This document shows positions 9,033 through 17,014 of a stretch of DNA of 63,289 bases, in pieces. A program made the translations under genes and the position numbers. The DNA is from an uncultured Gammaproteobacteria bacterium (GTDB taxonomy: Bacteria; Patescibacteriota; Microgenomatia; Levybacterales; GWA1-39-11), in NCBI GenBank assembly GCA_964504535.1, contig CAZDED010000009.1:1-63289 (forward strand). The letters are read 5' to 3'. The notes beneath the pieces are model-generated. The model saw nothing but the letters and a program-made list of their open reading frames with translations, did not search any database and had not been told where the DNA came from. The first letter of the stretch is position 1. Each line of letters starts with the position of its first letter.

Positions 9033-9053
9033 TTAGAAGCTAGAAGCTAGACA
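9033..9053. repeat. Three in-phase heptamers TTAGAAG-CTAGAAG-CTAGACA
   Basis: Direct reading. The repeat overlaps the uvrC stop codon (9047-9049) and lies 20-40 nt upstream of the 9012 start. The CTAG cores put stop codons in all three frames on both strands. Confidence 0.8.
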
Positions 9054-10342
9054 AGCATTGCTTTCTTTCTGAGGAGACGGTGATACGTTATTGCAAAGCG
9101 GTGAGCCTCATCTCTAATCCTTCGTAATAAATTAATACCGGGAGTTGAGTGAGAGAGCTTGATCTCTTCAAAAGAGATGCCGGATTGTTGTTTTACCGGT
9201 ACAACAATAATCTCCTCGCGTTTTGCAAGACCAATGATTGGAATTCTTTTACCTAAATTTGCGAGCGCTTTTAAGGAAGCTCCAACTTGTCCCTTGCCAC
9301 CGTCAATGACAAGAAGATCTGGCGAAGGCCATGAAGTGTTATCAAGTCTTCTCGAGAGCATCTCTTTCATCATCGCAAAATCATCTGGAGTATCTTTTAT
9401 CCGTATCCTAAATCTTCTATACTCTTTACCTGCCTTGTCTCCATTCTCAAAAACTACCATGGATCCTGTCGCGTTTTTTCCGGAAATATTTGAGATATCA
9501 TAGCACTCGATTCTTTTAAGACTTGATAGCTGGTAGTATGGTTTTAAAATCTCAGCCAGTGATGCTACTTCTTTCTCAATTCTCTCAAAATAGAAGTCGG
9601 GCTTATCAATATAATGAAACGGGTCATATGTATCTGAGGTTATTAGATTGATTCTGTTAATCCGCTCCTGAATCATTGCGGAATTCTCATAATTCTCAGC
9701 TTTGGTGTATTCGTCCCTTTGCTTGATCAACTCTTTTATTACTACTTCTTTTTTTCCATCGAGAAAATTTCCTATATTTTTTAGATTTTTACTATATTCA
9801 TTTTTATTGTCAGTATTTACAAGTACGCAGGGGCACAAACCAAGATGGTAATAGAGGCATTTCCTTTTTGGGTGATTTTTTACCGATTGATACGGAAAAA
9901 TTTTCCTTAAGAGTTTGAGTACGGCTTTAAGAGCCGTTACGTCTGAATATGGTCCGTAATATGTAGAACCTAAGTCAATTTTTTTTCTAGTTATTGTGAC
10001 AGAAGGATTTAACCCGGAGGTTATTTCAATCATAGGATAAGACTTATCATCGATAAGCTTGATATTGTAGAAAGGCTTGTGTCTTTTTATGAGAGAAGAC
10101 TCCAGAAGAAAAGCTTCAATCTCTGACCCAACTCGGATGTGCTCAATTGTTGAAACTAACGAGACTAATTTTAGCGTCTTGGCATCAAGTGCCTTGTGGG
10201 AGAAGTAAGAGGAAACGCGCTTTTTCAAATCTTTTGCCTTTCCCACGTAAAGAAGTTTACCGTTTGCGTCTTTGAAGAAGTACACTCCCGGTGTGGAAGG
10301 TAATTGCTGCAATAATAGTTGATCCACCGATAATTCCTCCAA
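9047..10342 (-). CDS. uvrC: Excinuclease ABC subunit C, short form lacking a C-terminal (HhH)2 domain
   Basis: It has a GIY-YIG N-terminus (PGVYFFKDANGKLLYVGKAKDLKKRVSSYF), a UVR-like helix and a C-terminal endonuclease region ending ...DEAHRFAITYHR. At 431 aa it is well short of the roughly 600 aa typical for UvrC. The track start is TTG at 10342, overlapping the upstream gene by 86 nt; GTG at 10327 is an alternative. Confidence 0.9.
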   Translation of the reverse strand: MEELSVDQLLLQQLPSTPGVYFFKDANGKLLYVGKAKDLKKRVSSYFSHKALDAKTLKLVSLVSTIEHIRVGSEIEAFLLESSLIKRHKPFYNIKLIDDKSYPMIEITSGLNPSVTITRKKIDLGSTYYGPYSDVTALKAVLKLLRKIFPYQSVKNHPKRKCLYYHLGLCPCVLVNTDNKNEYSKNLKNIGNFLDGKKEVVIKELIKQRDEYTKAENYENSAMIQERINRINLITSDTYDPFHYIDKPDFYFERIEKEVASLAEILKPYYQLSSLKRIECYDISNISGKNATGSMVVFENGDKAGKEYRRFRIRIKDTPDDFAMMKEMLSRRLDNTSWPSPDLLVIDGGKGQVGASLKALANLGKRIPIIGLAKREEIIVVPVKQQSGISFEEIKLSHSTPGINLLRRIRDEAHRFAITYHRLLRKKAMLV

Positions 10343-12104
10343 TAAGAAGCAACAACTGTAAGTCAGGGATAAATGAAATCCTTATTTTCTTTGAGTATGT
10401 AGCATCCTTTACCTGAATTGTAAGCAGATATTTCCCGTTTGTCAAAAAAGGGGCATCATCAAATGAGGTTGTAATTTTTTCAAGACCACCAGGTGGAATA
10501 TAGTCTATCAAGAACTGTTTTGTCGTACCCCTGCTCGTTTTGACATATGCAGTAGCATTTTCAAGCGCTGCGTTTCCGGAATTTTTAACTATAAAACTAC
10601 CCTGTATCTTAAATTTGGGAAAGGAAAATGTGGGGAATGTGTCTGTAATCACAATCTTTGAATTAGGTTTGAATGAACTACTCTCTGCAAATTTTACCTC
10701 GACGTCTTTGGATTCATTGTCGAATTTATAGCCACCGGCAGGTATAGGATATTGGCTGTCTACCCCTTTGATGGCAAATGCTATGTGGGCAAAGTCAAGA
10801 GTATTGAAATAATCCATACCCTTGGTTGTATTACCCCATGTCGGATCTACCATGATCCATTTTTTAGAAGAAGCATCATAATACTCAGGCCATGCATGCA
10901 AAATATCATTAACCAATGACAGCGGTCTTAATTTTGAATTTTGTGTGTATGCATATCCCTCAACAGAACGTGCCGGAATCCCTTTGGCCCGCGCCAGTGT
11001 TACGAAAAGATCGGTAAATTCAAGGCACACACTGTTTTTTGGATCAGAGAGAGCACCACTACCTCCAAGACGTAGATTGTCAGTAGCTACTTTTGAGTAA
11101 TTGTAGGAGAGATTTTTAACAACATAATCATAAATTTCTTGAGGCGTTTTAATATCTTTCGTTGCTTTTTGTATGGAGGGTGAATTAATATCCCAATGTT
11201 TCTCCGACGAGATATATTCTTTGTAAAGAGCGCTTGGGAGTTCTTCCTTGTTGGGTGAGGGCACGAGTTGCACCACTCCCTTTACCACTACTTGCTGCTT
11301 TTGTTGTGGTAAAAGCCTGTATTCAGCAATCCAATTCCCATCCTTATCCCGCGTTACATTTAGGGGGTCTATCGAAAATGAGTTGATGAGAACATCTTGA
11401 TAATTAGTTTTTGGAGGCAAGGCTATCTCAGTCCTTACAGGAAAAAGATTTGGGTTTGAAATATTGTATTTTACTGAAAAATTATAGTATTGCCGGTCTC
11501 CATACAAAATGTACACGCCTGATTTACCAACATCCTCCTTAGACAAGGTTAATGATTTGTCTTTTTGAGGATCTTTCTGTGGCTTTACAATTGTTGGTAA
11601 TCCGAAAGATGGAGGAACAATGATGTTAGAAGTATAAGAGCTAAAATCACCAGGAGAGGCAATTCCCGGTATGCTGACTTCCCACACACTCCCTTGTTTT
11701 TTTGCTATGTCTTTAGTATCAAATTTTAAAGTAAAGGTATTAACGTCAGACACCCCCGTGTACCGTTTTGGGAATGTTAATTTTATACTTTTATTTGAAG
11801 GTTTTTTGTCGTTAAGAGTCGTTGCTATTGTTCCATCTGCATTGTAAGCTTCAATATTTTGAATATCTGAAAATCCCACAGACACCGTATATGTCGGTGT
11901 GTAGTAAAATTCCGTTTTATTTTTTATATGAATAGTTTGAGAAATTGTCGTAAGGCCATTCTCTGAAATTTTGTACTTAGAGTCTACTGAAATGTCAAAA
12001 TTGGAGTCAGCGGCATTGGCCTGTGGCAAAGTAAAACCTAAAACTTCAAACGTTAAACTTAAAACTATGACAAGGAAAAGGGGAAGGAAAACTTTTTTAA
12101 ACAT
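10257..12104 (-). CDS. Transglutaminase-like (Cys-His-Asp core) envelope protein with signal peptide and C-terminal TM anchor
   Basis: 615 aa. Signal peptide ...PQANAAD. Transglutaminase core: NSVCLEFTDLFVTLARAKGIPARSVEGYAY...HAWPEYYD...WIMVDPTW. The C-terminal TM helix is followed by LLQRRKR. Confidence 0.8.
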   Translation of the reverse strand: MFKKVFLPLFLVIVLSLTFEVLGFTLPQANAADSNFDISVDSKYKISENGLTTISQTIHIKNKTEFYYTPTYTVSVGFSDIQNIEAYNADGTIATTLNDKKPSNKSIKLTFPKRYTGVSDVNTFTLKFDTKDIAKKQGSVWEVSIPGIASPGDFSSYTSNIIVPPSFGLPTIVKPQKDPQKDKSLTLSKEDVGKSGVYILYGDRQYYNFSVKYNISNPNLFPVRTEIALPPKTNYQDVLINSFSIDPLNVTRDKDGNWIAEYRLLPQQKQQVVVKGVVQLVPSPNKEELPSALYKEYISSEKHWDINSPSIQKATKDIKTPQEIYDYVVKNLSYNYSKVATDNLRLGGSGALSDPKNSVCLEFTDLFVTLARAKGIPARSVEGYAYTQNSKLRPLSLVNDILHAWPEYYDASSKKWIMVDPTWGNTTKGMDYFNTLDFAHIAFAIKGVDSQYPIPAGGYKFDNESKDVEVKFAESSSFKPNSKIVITDTFPTFSFPKFKIQGSFIVKNSGNAALENATAYVKTSRGTTKQFLIDYIPPGGLEKITTSFDDAPFLTNGKYLLTIQVKDATYSKKIRISFIPDLQLLLLIGGIIGGSTIIAAITFHTGSVLLQRRKR

Positions 12105-12105
12105 A

Positions 12106-14994
12106 CTAAGACGCCATTTCGCGCTTCAAATACTGTCCGGTGTAGGAGCCGGGAACCTTTGCAATATCCATAGGTTTCCCTGTAGCAACGACAGTGCCAC
12201 CAAGACCTCCCCCTTCCGGTCCAAGATCAATGATATAGTCTGCATTTTTAATTAGATCCAAATTGTGCTCTATAACAACAACCGTGTTACCTTTATCAAC
12301 AAGGCGTCTTAAAACGAGAATCAATTTTTCAAGGTCTGCGAAATGTAGCCCTGTTGTAGGTTCGTCCAAAACGTACAGTGATCCCCCTCCACCTTTTTTA
12401 CTCAACTCTGATGCGAGTTTGATTCTTTGTGCTTCTCCACCTGACAATGTTGTTGCAGGTTGGCCTAGTCTGATATAAGAAAGGCCCACTTCTTTAAGCG
12501 TTGTCAGTCTGGACGAAAGTGGCTCATGGAATGAGAAAAACGGTATAGCCTCTTCGACAGACATGCTGAGGACTTCGGCAATATTTTTCCCGTCAAACTG
12601 AATCTCAAGTGTATCCTGCGTATATCGTGTACCGTTGCAAGACTCGCACTTGACATAAACGTCAGGCAAAAATTGCATCTCTATTTTTATTTGTCCTTCC
12701 CCTTCGCACGTTTCACATCTTCCTCCCTTTACATTAAAAGAAAATCTACCCGGAGCATATCCTCTCATTTTTGCATCTCTGGAATTTGCAAAGATGTCCC
12801 TGATATATGTGAAAGCTCCTGTGTATGTTGCGGGATTGCTTCTCGGGGTTCTTCCAATCGGAGACTGGTCTATCATAAATATTCTTTTTATTTCATCATA
12901 GCCACTTATTTCTGAAAATTTTCCAGCCTTTTCTTTATGGAATGGGTTTTTATAGTGCGCAATTGCATGATAGAAGACATCATTGATAAGTGTTGATTTT
13001 CCACTACCAGAAACTCCGGTAACACATATAAATTTTCCAAGGGGGAATTGGACATCTATATTTTTCAAGTTGTGCTCACTAACCCCTTTAAGTGAAATAT
13101 TTCTTGGATTGTCTTCAACTCCTATTTGTTTTTCTTTCTTAATCTTAATGACTGCCTTACCAGACAAGTACTTTCCTGTTATAGAATTTTCATCAACTAA
13201 AATTTGTTTTGGAGTTCCATGTGCAATTATTTTACCTCCATGCTCCCCAGCTCCGGGCCCAAAATCAAAAATATAATCAGATTCCATCATCATTTCCTTA
13301 TCATGCTCTACAACTATCACACTGTTGCCTATATCCCTCAAGTGCTTCAAAGTCCCTATAAGCTTTGTGTTGTCTCTTGGATGAAGTCCGATTGAGGGTT
13401 CGTCAAGAACATACAAGACACCGGAAAGACCACTTCCTATTTGCGAGGCAAGCCGTATTCTTTGTGCTTCTCCCCCAGCGAGGCTATCGGCGGTGCGGGA
13501 TAGCGTCAGATAGGAAAGCCCGACATCAAACAAAAATTTAAGACGGGCATTTATCTCTTTGAGAATAATGGTGGCAATAGCTGTTTCTTTGGGGCTCAAT
13601 TTCTCAAGAAGTTTTAACGAGAAATCATAACAATCCTCTATAGACATGTCAGAGACATCAACAATTGATTTATCTACAATCGTAATCGCTAGTGCTTCCG
13701 GCTTGAGACGTGCTCCAAGACAGCTGTCACACACTTTTGAAGTCATGAATTTCTGGATTTCCTTTTTGATAAGTTCGCTGTCTGTCTCAAGAAAACGGGC
13801 TTGTAAATAACCTACAACTCCATGATATGGCTCAAAAATCGAAGTGGATTCACCAAAGCGGTTTTTTCCCTTGACTTTGTATACTCTTTCACCGGTACCA
13901 TAGAGCACTATTTTCTTTTGCTCAGGTGTCAAAGTCATGATAAGTTCTGTCATGGGGATGTCATTCTCATCAAATGCAGTTTTTAATGTTCTAGTAAGCC
14001 ATGTCTCTCTGTCATACAAATTGGCAAAGGCCAAAATCCCACCCTCAGCAATTGTAAGATGAGGATTTAAAACAAGATCCTCGTCAACAGTCATGATATT
14101 CCCAAGCCCATTACATTCGGGACAGGCCCCAAACGGTGAATTAAAGGAAAAAAGACGGGGCTCAATCTTTGGCATAGGTGTCCCGTCATATGGGCACGCA
14201 AATTTTTCAGAGTAGAAAGTGTCTTCCATTTCCTCTGGAATTTCTGGAAAAGTAAAACTTTTGTCAGTGACAAGAGAAAGTATCAACTCCCCACTACCCA
14301 ATGATAAAGCTTGCTCTACGCTATCCAAAACCCTTTGTCTCTCGAAATTTTTATCCAGTATTAGTTTGTCTACAACTGCCTCAATGGTATGCTTGTTAGT
14401 CTTGATGAGGGTGATGTCTGAATTAAGATTGATAACCTTGCCATCAATTCTTACTTGTTGAAAGGATCTTTTTCTCAAATCTTTAAAAAGATCTAAATAT
14501 TCTCCTTTGCGTCCACTCACTATTGGAGCCAAAATCATTACTTTCTTAGGAATGGACCCAACAAATTTCGAAATGATCTCTTCAACTATCTTTTCTTTTG
14601 TTGTGCGAGTAATTTCTCGTCCGCATTTTGGACAATGGGGATGACCTATTCGGGCAAATAGAAGCCTCATATAATCGTATATCTCGGTAACAGTACCTAC
14701 AGTCGAACGGGGATTATGAGAGGTTGTCTTTTGATCAATGGAGATAGCAGGAGACAGACCTTCAATAAAATCCACGTTAGGCTTTTTCATAATACCCAAG
14801 AACTGGCGAGCATACGAGGAAAGAGACTCGACATACCGTCTTTGTCCCTCAGCATAAATAGTGTCAAAGGCAAGGGATGACTTTCCACTACCTGACAGTC
14901 CCGTAAAAACGACGAGTTGATCTTTTGGGATTTCAACATCTACATTTTTGAGATTGTGCTCCCGTGCACCTTTAACTACTATTTTTCTATCCAT
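12106..14994 (-). CDS. uvrA: Excinuclease ABC subunit A
   Basis: 962 aa with two ABC ATPase modules (GLSGSGKSS; GVSGSGKST; LSGGEAQRI twice) and zinc-finger Cys clusters (CPKCGR, CPECNG, CETCEGEG, CESCNG). Confidence 0.97.
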   Translation of the reverse strand: MDRKIVVKGAREHNLKNVDVEIPKDQLVVFTGLSGSGKSSLAFDTIYAEGQRRYVESLSSYARQFLGIMKKPNVDFIEGLSPAISIDQKTTSHNPRSTVGTVTEIYDYMRLLFARIGHPHCPKCGREITRTTKEKIVEEIISKFVGSIPKKVMILAPIVSGRKGEYLDLFKDLRKRSFQQVRIDGKVINLNSDITLIKTNKHTIEAVVDKLILDKNFERQRVLDSVEQALSLGSGELILSLVTDKSFTFPEIPEEMEDTFYSEKFACPYDGTPMPKIEPRLFSFNSPFGACPECNGLGNIMTVDEDLVLNPHLTIAEGGILAFANLYDRETWLTRTLKTAFDENDIPMTELIMTLTPEQKKIVLYGTGERVYKVKGKNRFGESTSIFEPYHGVVGYLQARFLETDSELIKKEIQKFMTSKVCDSCLGARLKPEALAITIVDKSIVDVSDMSIEDCYDFSLKLLEKLSPKETAIATIILKEINARLKFLFDVGLSYLTLSRTADSLAGGEAQRIRLASQIGSGLSGVLYVLDEPSIGLHPRDNTKLIGTLKHLRDIGNSVIVVEHDKEMMMESDYIFDFGPGAGEHGGKIIAHGTPKQILVDENSITGKYLSGKAVIKIKKEKQIGVEDNPRNISLKGVSEHNLKNIDVQFPLGKFICVTGVSGSGKSTLINDVFYHAIAHYKNPFHKEKAGKFSEISGYDEIKRIFMIDQSPIGRTPRSNPATYTGAFTYIRDIFANSRDAKMRGYAPGRFSFNVKGGRCETCEGEGQIKIEMQFLPDVYVKCESCNGTRYTQDTLEIQFDGKNIAEVLSMSVEEAIPFFSFHEPLSSRLTTLKEVGLSYIRLGQPATTLSGGEAQRIKLASELSKKGGGGSLYVLDEPTTGLHFADLEKLILVLRRLVDKGNTVVVIEHNLDLIKNADYIIDLGPEGGGLGGTVVATGKPMDIAKVPGSYTGQYLKREMAS

Positions 14995-15020
14995 AAAATT
15001 TCAATTTTGCATACAAACTC

Positions 15021-15041
15021 TGTGAATAATACGAATTCACA
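15021..15041. promoter_or_regulatory. Perfect inverted repeat TGTGAAT-N7-ATTCACA between the small ORF and uvrA
   Basis: Direct reading: tgtgaat aatacga attcaca. It lies 27-47 nt upstream of the uvrA ATG (14994). The same TGTGAAT word recurs at 15390-15396. Confidence 0.45.
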
Positions 15042-15044
15042 ATA

Positions 15045-15380
15045 CTATGTTTGCCTATACTTATCGATACTTATAACCTTTCTGGCATCTGCCGTGGGTA
15101 GTCTCACAGGCTCATTTGCAGTATCAAACATTTCACTTACCAGAGGCATAACCATTTCGCCATATAAGATTTCCTCCTGTGATATTTCCTGACCATCAGA
15201 GTTTCTCCCAAAGATTTCGTATCCTTTTTCGCTTGCTTGTTCAAATAAACCATGCCTATGTGCGGCAAATACTAAATATGAAGGCACATCCATTTCAAGC
15301 TTCTCAGCTTCAAAAGAGACTACTGCCATTTGCTCGGGAGTAAAACTTACTACCACATTGATTTTACTTTCTTTTGTCAT
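15045..15380 (-). CDS. Hypothetical acidic protein (111 aa)
   Basis: The ORF is co-directional with and immediately upstream of uvrA. I recognise no motif. Confidence 0.5.
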   Translation of the reverse strand: MTKESKINVVVSFTPEQMAVVSFEAEKLEMDVPSYLVFAAHRHGLFEQASEKGYEIFGRNSDGQEISQEEILYGEMVMPLVSEMFDTANEPVRLPTADARKVISIDKYRQT

Positions 15381-15427
15381 ATGCTAGTTGTGAATTGTGA
15401 ACCCTCAACCTACTGAGTGGCTACAAA

Positions 15428-15441
15428 GTTAACCATTGTAC
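15428..15441. promoter_or_regulatory. GTTAACCATTGTAC, the second copy of a GTTA-N4-TTGTAC motif (candidate LexA/SOS operator)
   Basis: It matches GTTACAAATTGTAC (19041-19054) at 11 of 14 positions in the same orientation. It lies upstream of the small-ORF/uvrA unit. Confidence 0.3.
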
Positions 15442-15479
15442 ACCTAAAAGGGGATATTATTCAAGCAATTAAGCAGGTA

Positions 15480-16457
15480 TTACTTCCAAACATTGTGACT
15501 GAAATCCAATCCTTTTTTCCCTAAGTTTAACCAATGCTCATTCTCCTCTGAGTTGTTTTTCTTGGCATTCTTCTCAAGAACTGCACCAAGGTAATTCATA
15601 CTGTGGGCAAGTTTGATAAATAGAGGGAGAGCCTCAAGGTCTTCTTTAGTAAGCTTTATATATTTTTGGTATTCAGAAGTTAGTAAGTCAAAATACTTCT
15701 GAACAGTTACTTTGCCGGCGGGGTCAAACATAATATCAGACATAATAACAGCAAGCTCTACGATACGCGGATAATAATTTGCGGAGGAAAAATCCACAAA
15801 ATACATTTTCTCTTTTCCTTTTATTATGTTTGTTCCTATCAAATCTCCGTGAACCAACGAATGGGATAGGGATTTAATATTTACTTTCTCGAATTGGGCG
15901 AGAAGATTGTCAAAAACCTTTTTTTCATTATCTGATACATATTTTCTGGCTTTTTTGTACTCTGTAGGGAAATTGACCGTTGCCCATGGGTCATACAGAT
16001 CTGCGGTTTTGTAGTCGATTCCATTAATAGTCGCGGCCATTTTGATAATTTCCTTGAGTTCTGAAGTCGTTGGATTTCTTTTTAGCTCGTAAAAGGTTTT
16101 GCCTTCAATAAACTCAAACACTGCAAGGCGGATATTGAATTGCTCATATTGATTTCTAAAAATATATCCAACATCCCTTTTCAAAAATTCAGGATGGGAA
16201 ACTCCGTTGTCGGTACACATCTTTACGATGTTGATCAGACGTAAGCACTCTGCATTGTCTCTTTTTTCATTGAAAATCTTAACGAAATACTTGCCTTTTG
16301 TTGTTATGAGTTTTAGATTTAGATCCTCGATCCCCAGAAGCATCGGTTCAAATGAAACATATGAACCAAGTTCGTAAGAATTCGTAACATCAGTCAGTAG
16401 TTCTTCAAACTCACCCTGATAATTGATGCGTTTGCGGAGCGTTTGGGGTATATTCAC
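15480..16457 (-). CDS. Aminoglycoside/choline/homoserine-kinase-type phosphotransferase (APH family fold)
   Basis: 325 aa with the Brenner-type catalytic loop LVHGDLIGTNII and the metal-binding FVDFSSANY motif. Confidence 0.75.
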   Translation of the reverse strand: MNIPQTLRKRINYQGEFEELLTDVTNSYELGSYVSFEPMLLGIEDLNLKLITTKGKYFVKIFNEKRDNAECLRLINIVKMCTDNGVSHPEFLKRDVGYIFRNQYEQFNIRLAVFEFIEGKTFYELKRNPTTSELKEIIKMAATINGIDYKTADLYDPWATVNFPTEYKKARKYVSDNEKKVFDNLLAQFEKVNIKSLSHSLVHGDLIGTNIIKGKEKMYFVDFSSANYYPRIVELAVIMSDIMFDPAGKVTVQKYFDLLTSEYQKYIKLTKEDLEALPLFIKLAHSMNYLGAVLEKNAKKNNSEENEHWLNLGKKGLDFSHNVWK

Positions 16458-16480
16458 ACTCTATTCTAACAGATTTGAAT

Positions 16481-17014
16481 TTATTTTGCTTCAAAATACA
16501 TTTTTGCTTTAAAAAATGCGGCGATTGTCCCTGAAAGTGTTATCTCGTTTTTCCTTATAAGGTCCTCTACTTCATCAAGTGAATATTTCCGGACTTCAAT
16601 AGTGGGCTCTCCTTCTTTCACTTTTTTACAATTTAGTGCTAAAAATAGATAGAAAGGGGATTTTACTATCATAGTCAAGGGATTTACCACTCCAAGATCT
16701 ATCCAAGCATTTGATTCGTATCCTATTTCTTCCAACAATTCCCTTTTTGCGGCCTCAAGAGGGTTTTCGCCAGCGTCCACCCCTCCAGCAGGGAAAAGGA
16801 GGTCGTACCGCTCAATAGCATACATATACTCTCTGATGACAATCACTTTTCCGTCATTATCAATTGCCATAATGTGCGCTCCAGGCGCATAGTCGACAAC
16901 TCCAAAAATGCCATCCTTCCCGTCAGGTCTTTTAACACTATCCTCCCTGACTTTTATCCAAGGGTTTTCATAAATCACCTTACTGTCAATTACCTCAAAT
17001 GGTCCTTTTTTCAT
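16481..17014 (-). CDS. NUDIX hydrolase (ADP-ribose pyrophosphatase-like)
   Basis: Nudix box: GGVDAGENPLEAAKRELLEEIGY. Confidence 0.85.
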   Translation of the reverse strand: MKKGPFEVIDSKVIYENPWIKVREDSVKRPDGKDGIFGVVDYAPGAHIMAIDNDGKVIVIREYMYAIERYDLLFPAGGVDAGENPLEAAKRELLEEIGYESNAWIDLGVVNPLTMIVKSPFYLFLALNCKKVKEGEPTIEVRKYSLDEVEDLIRKNEITLSGTIAAFFKAKMYFEAK

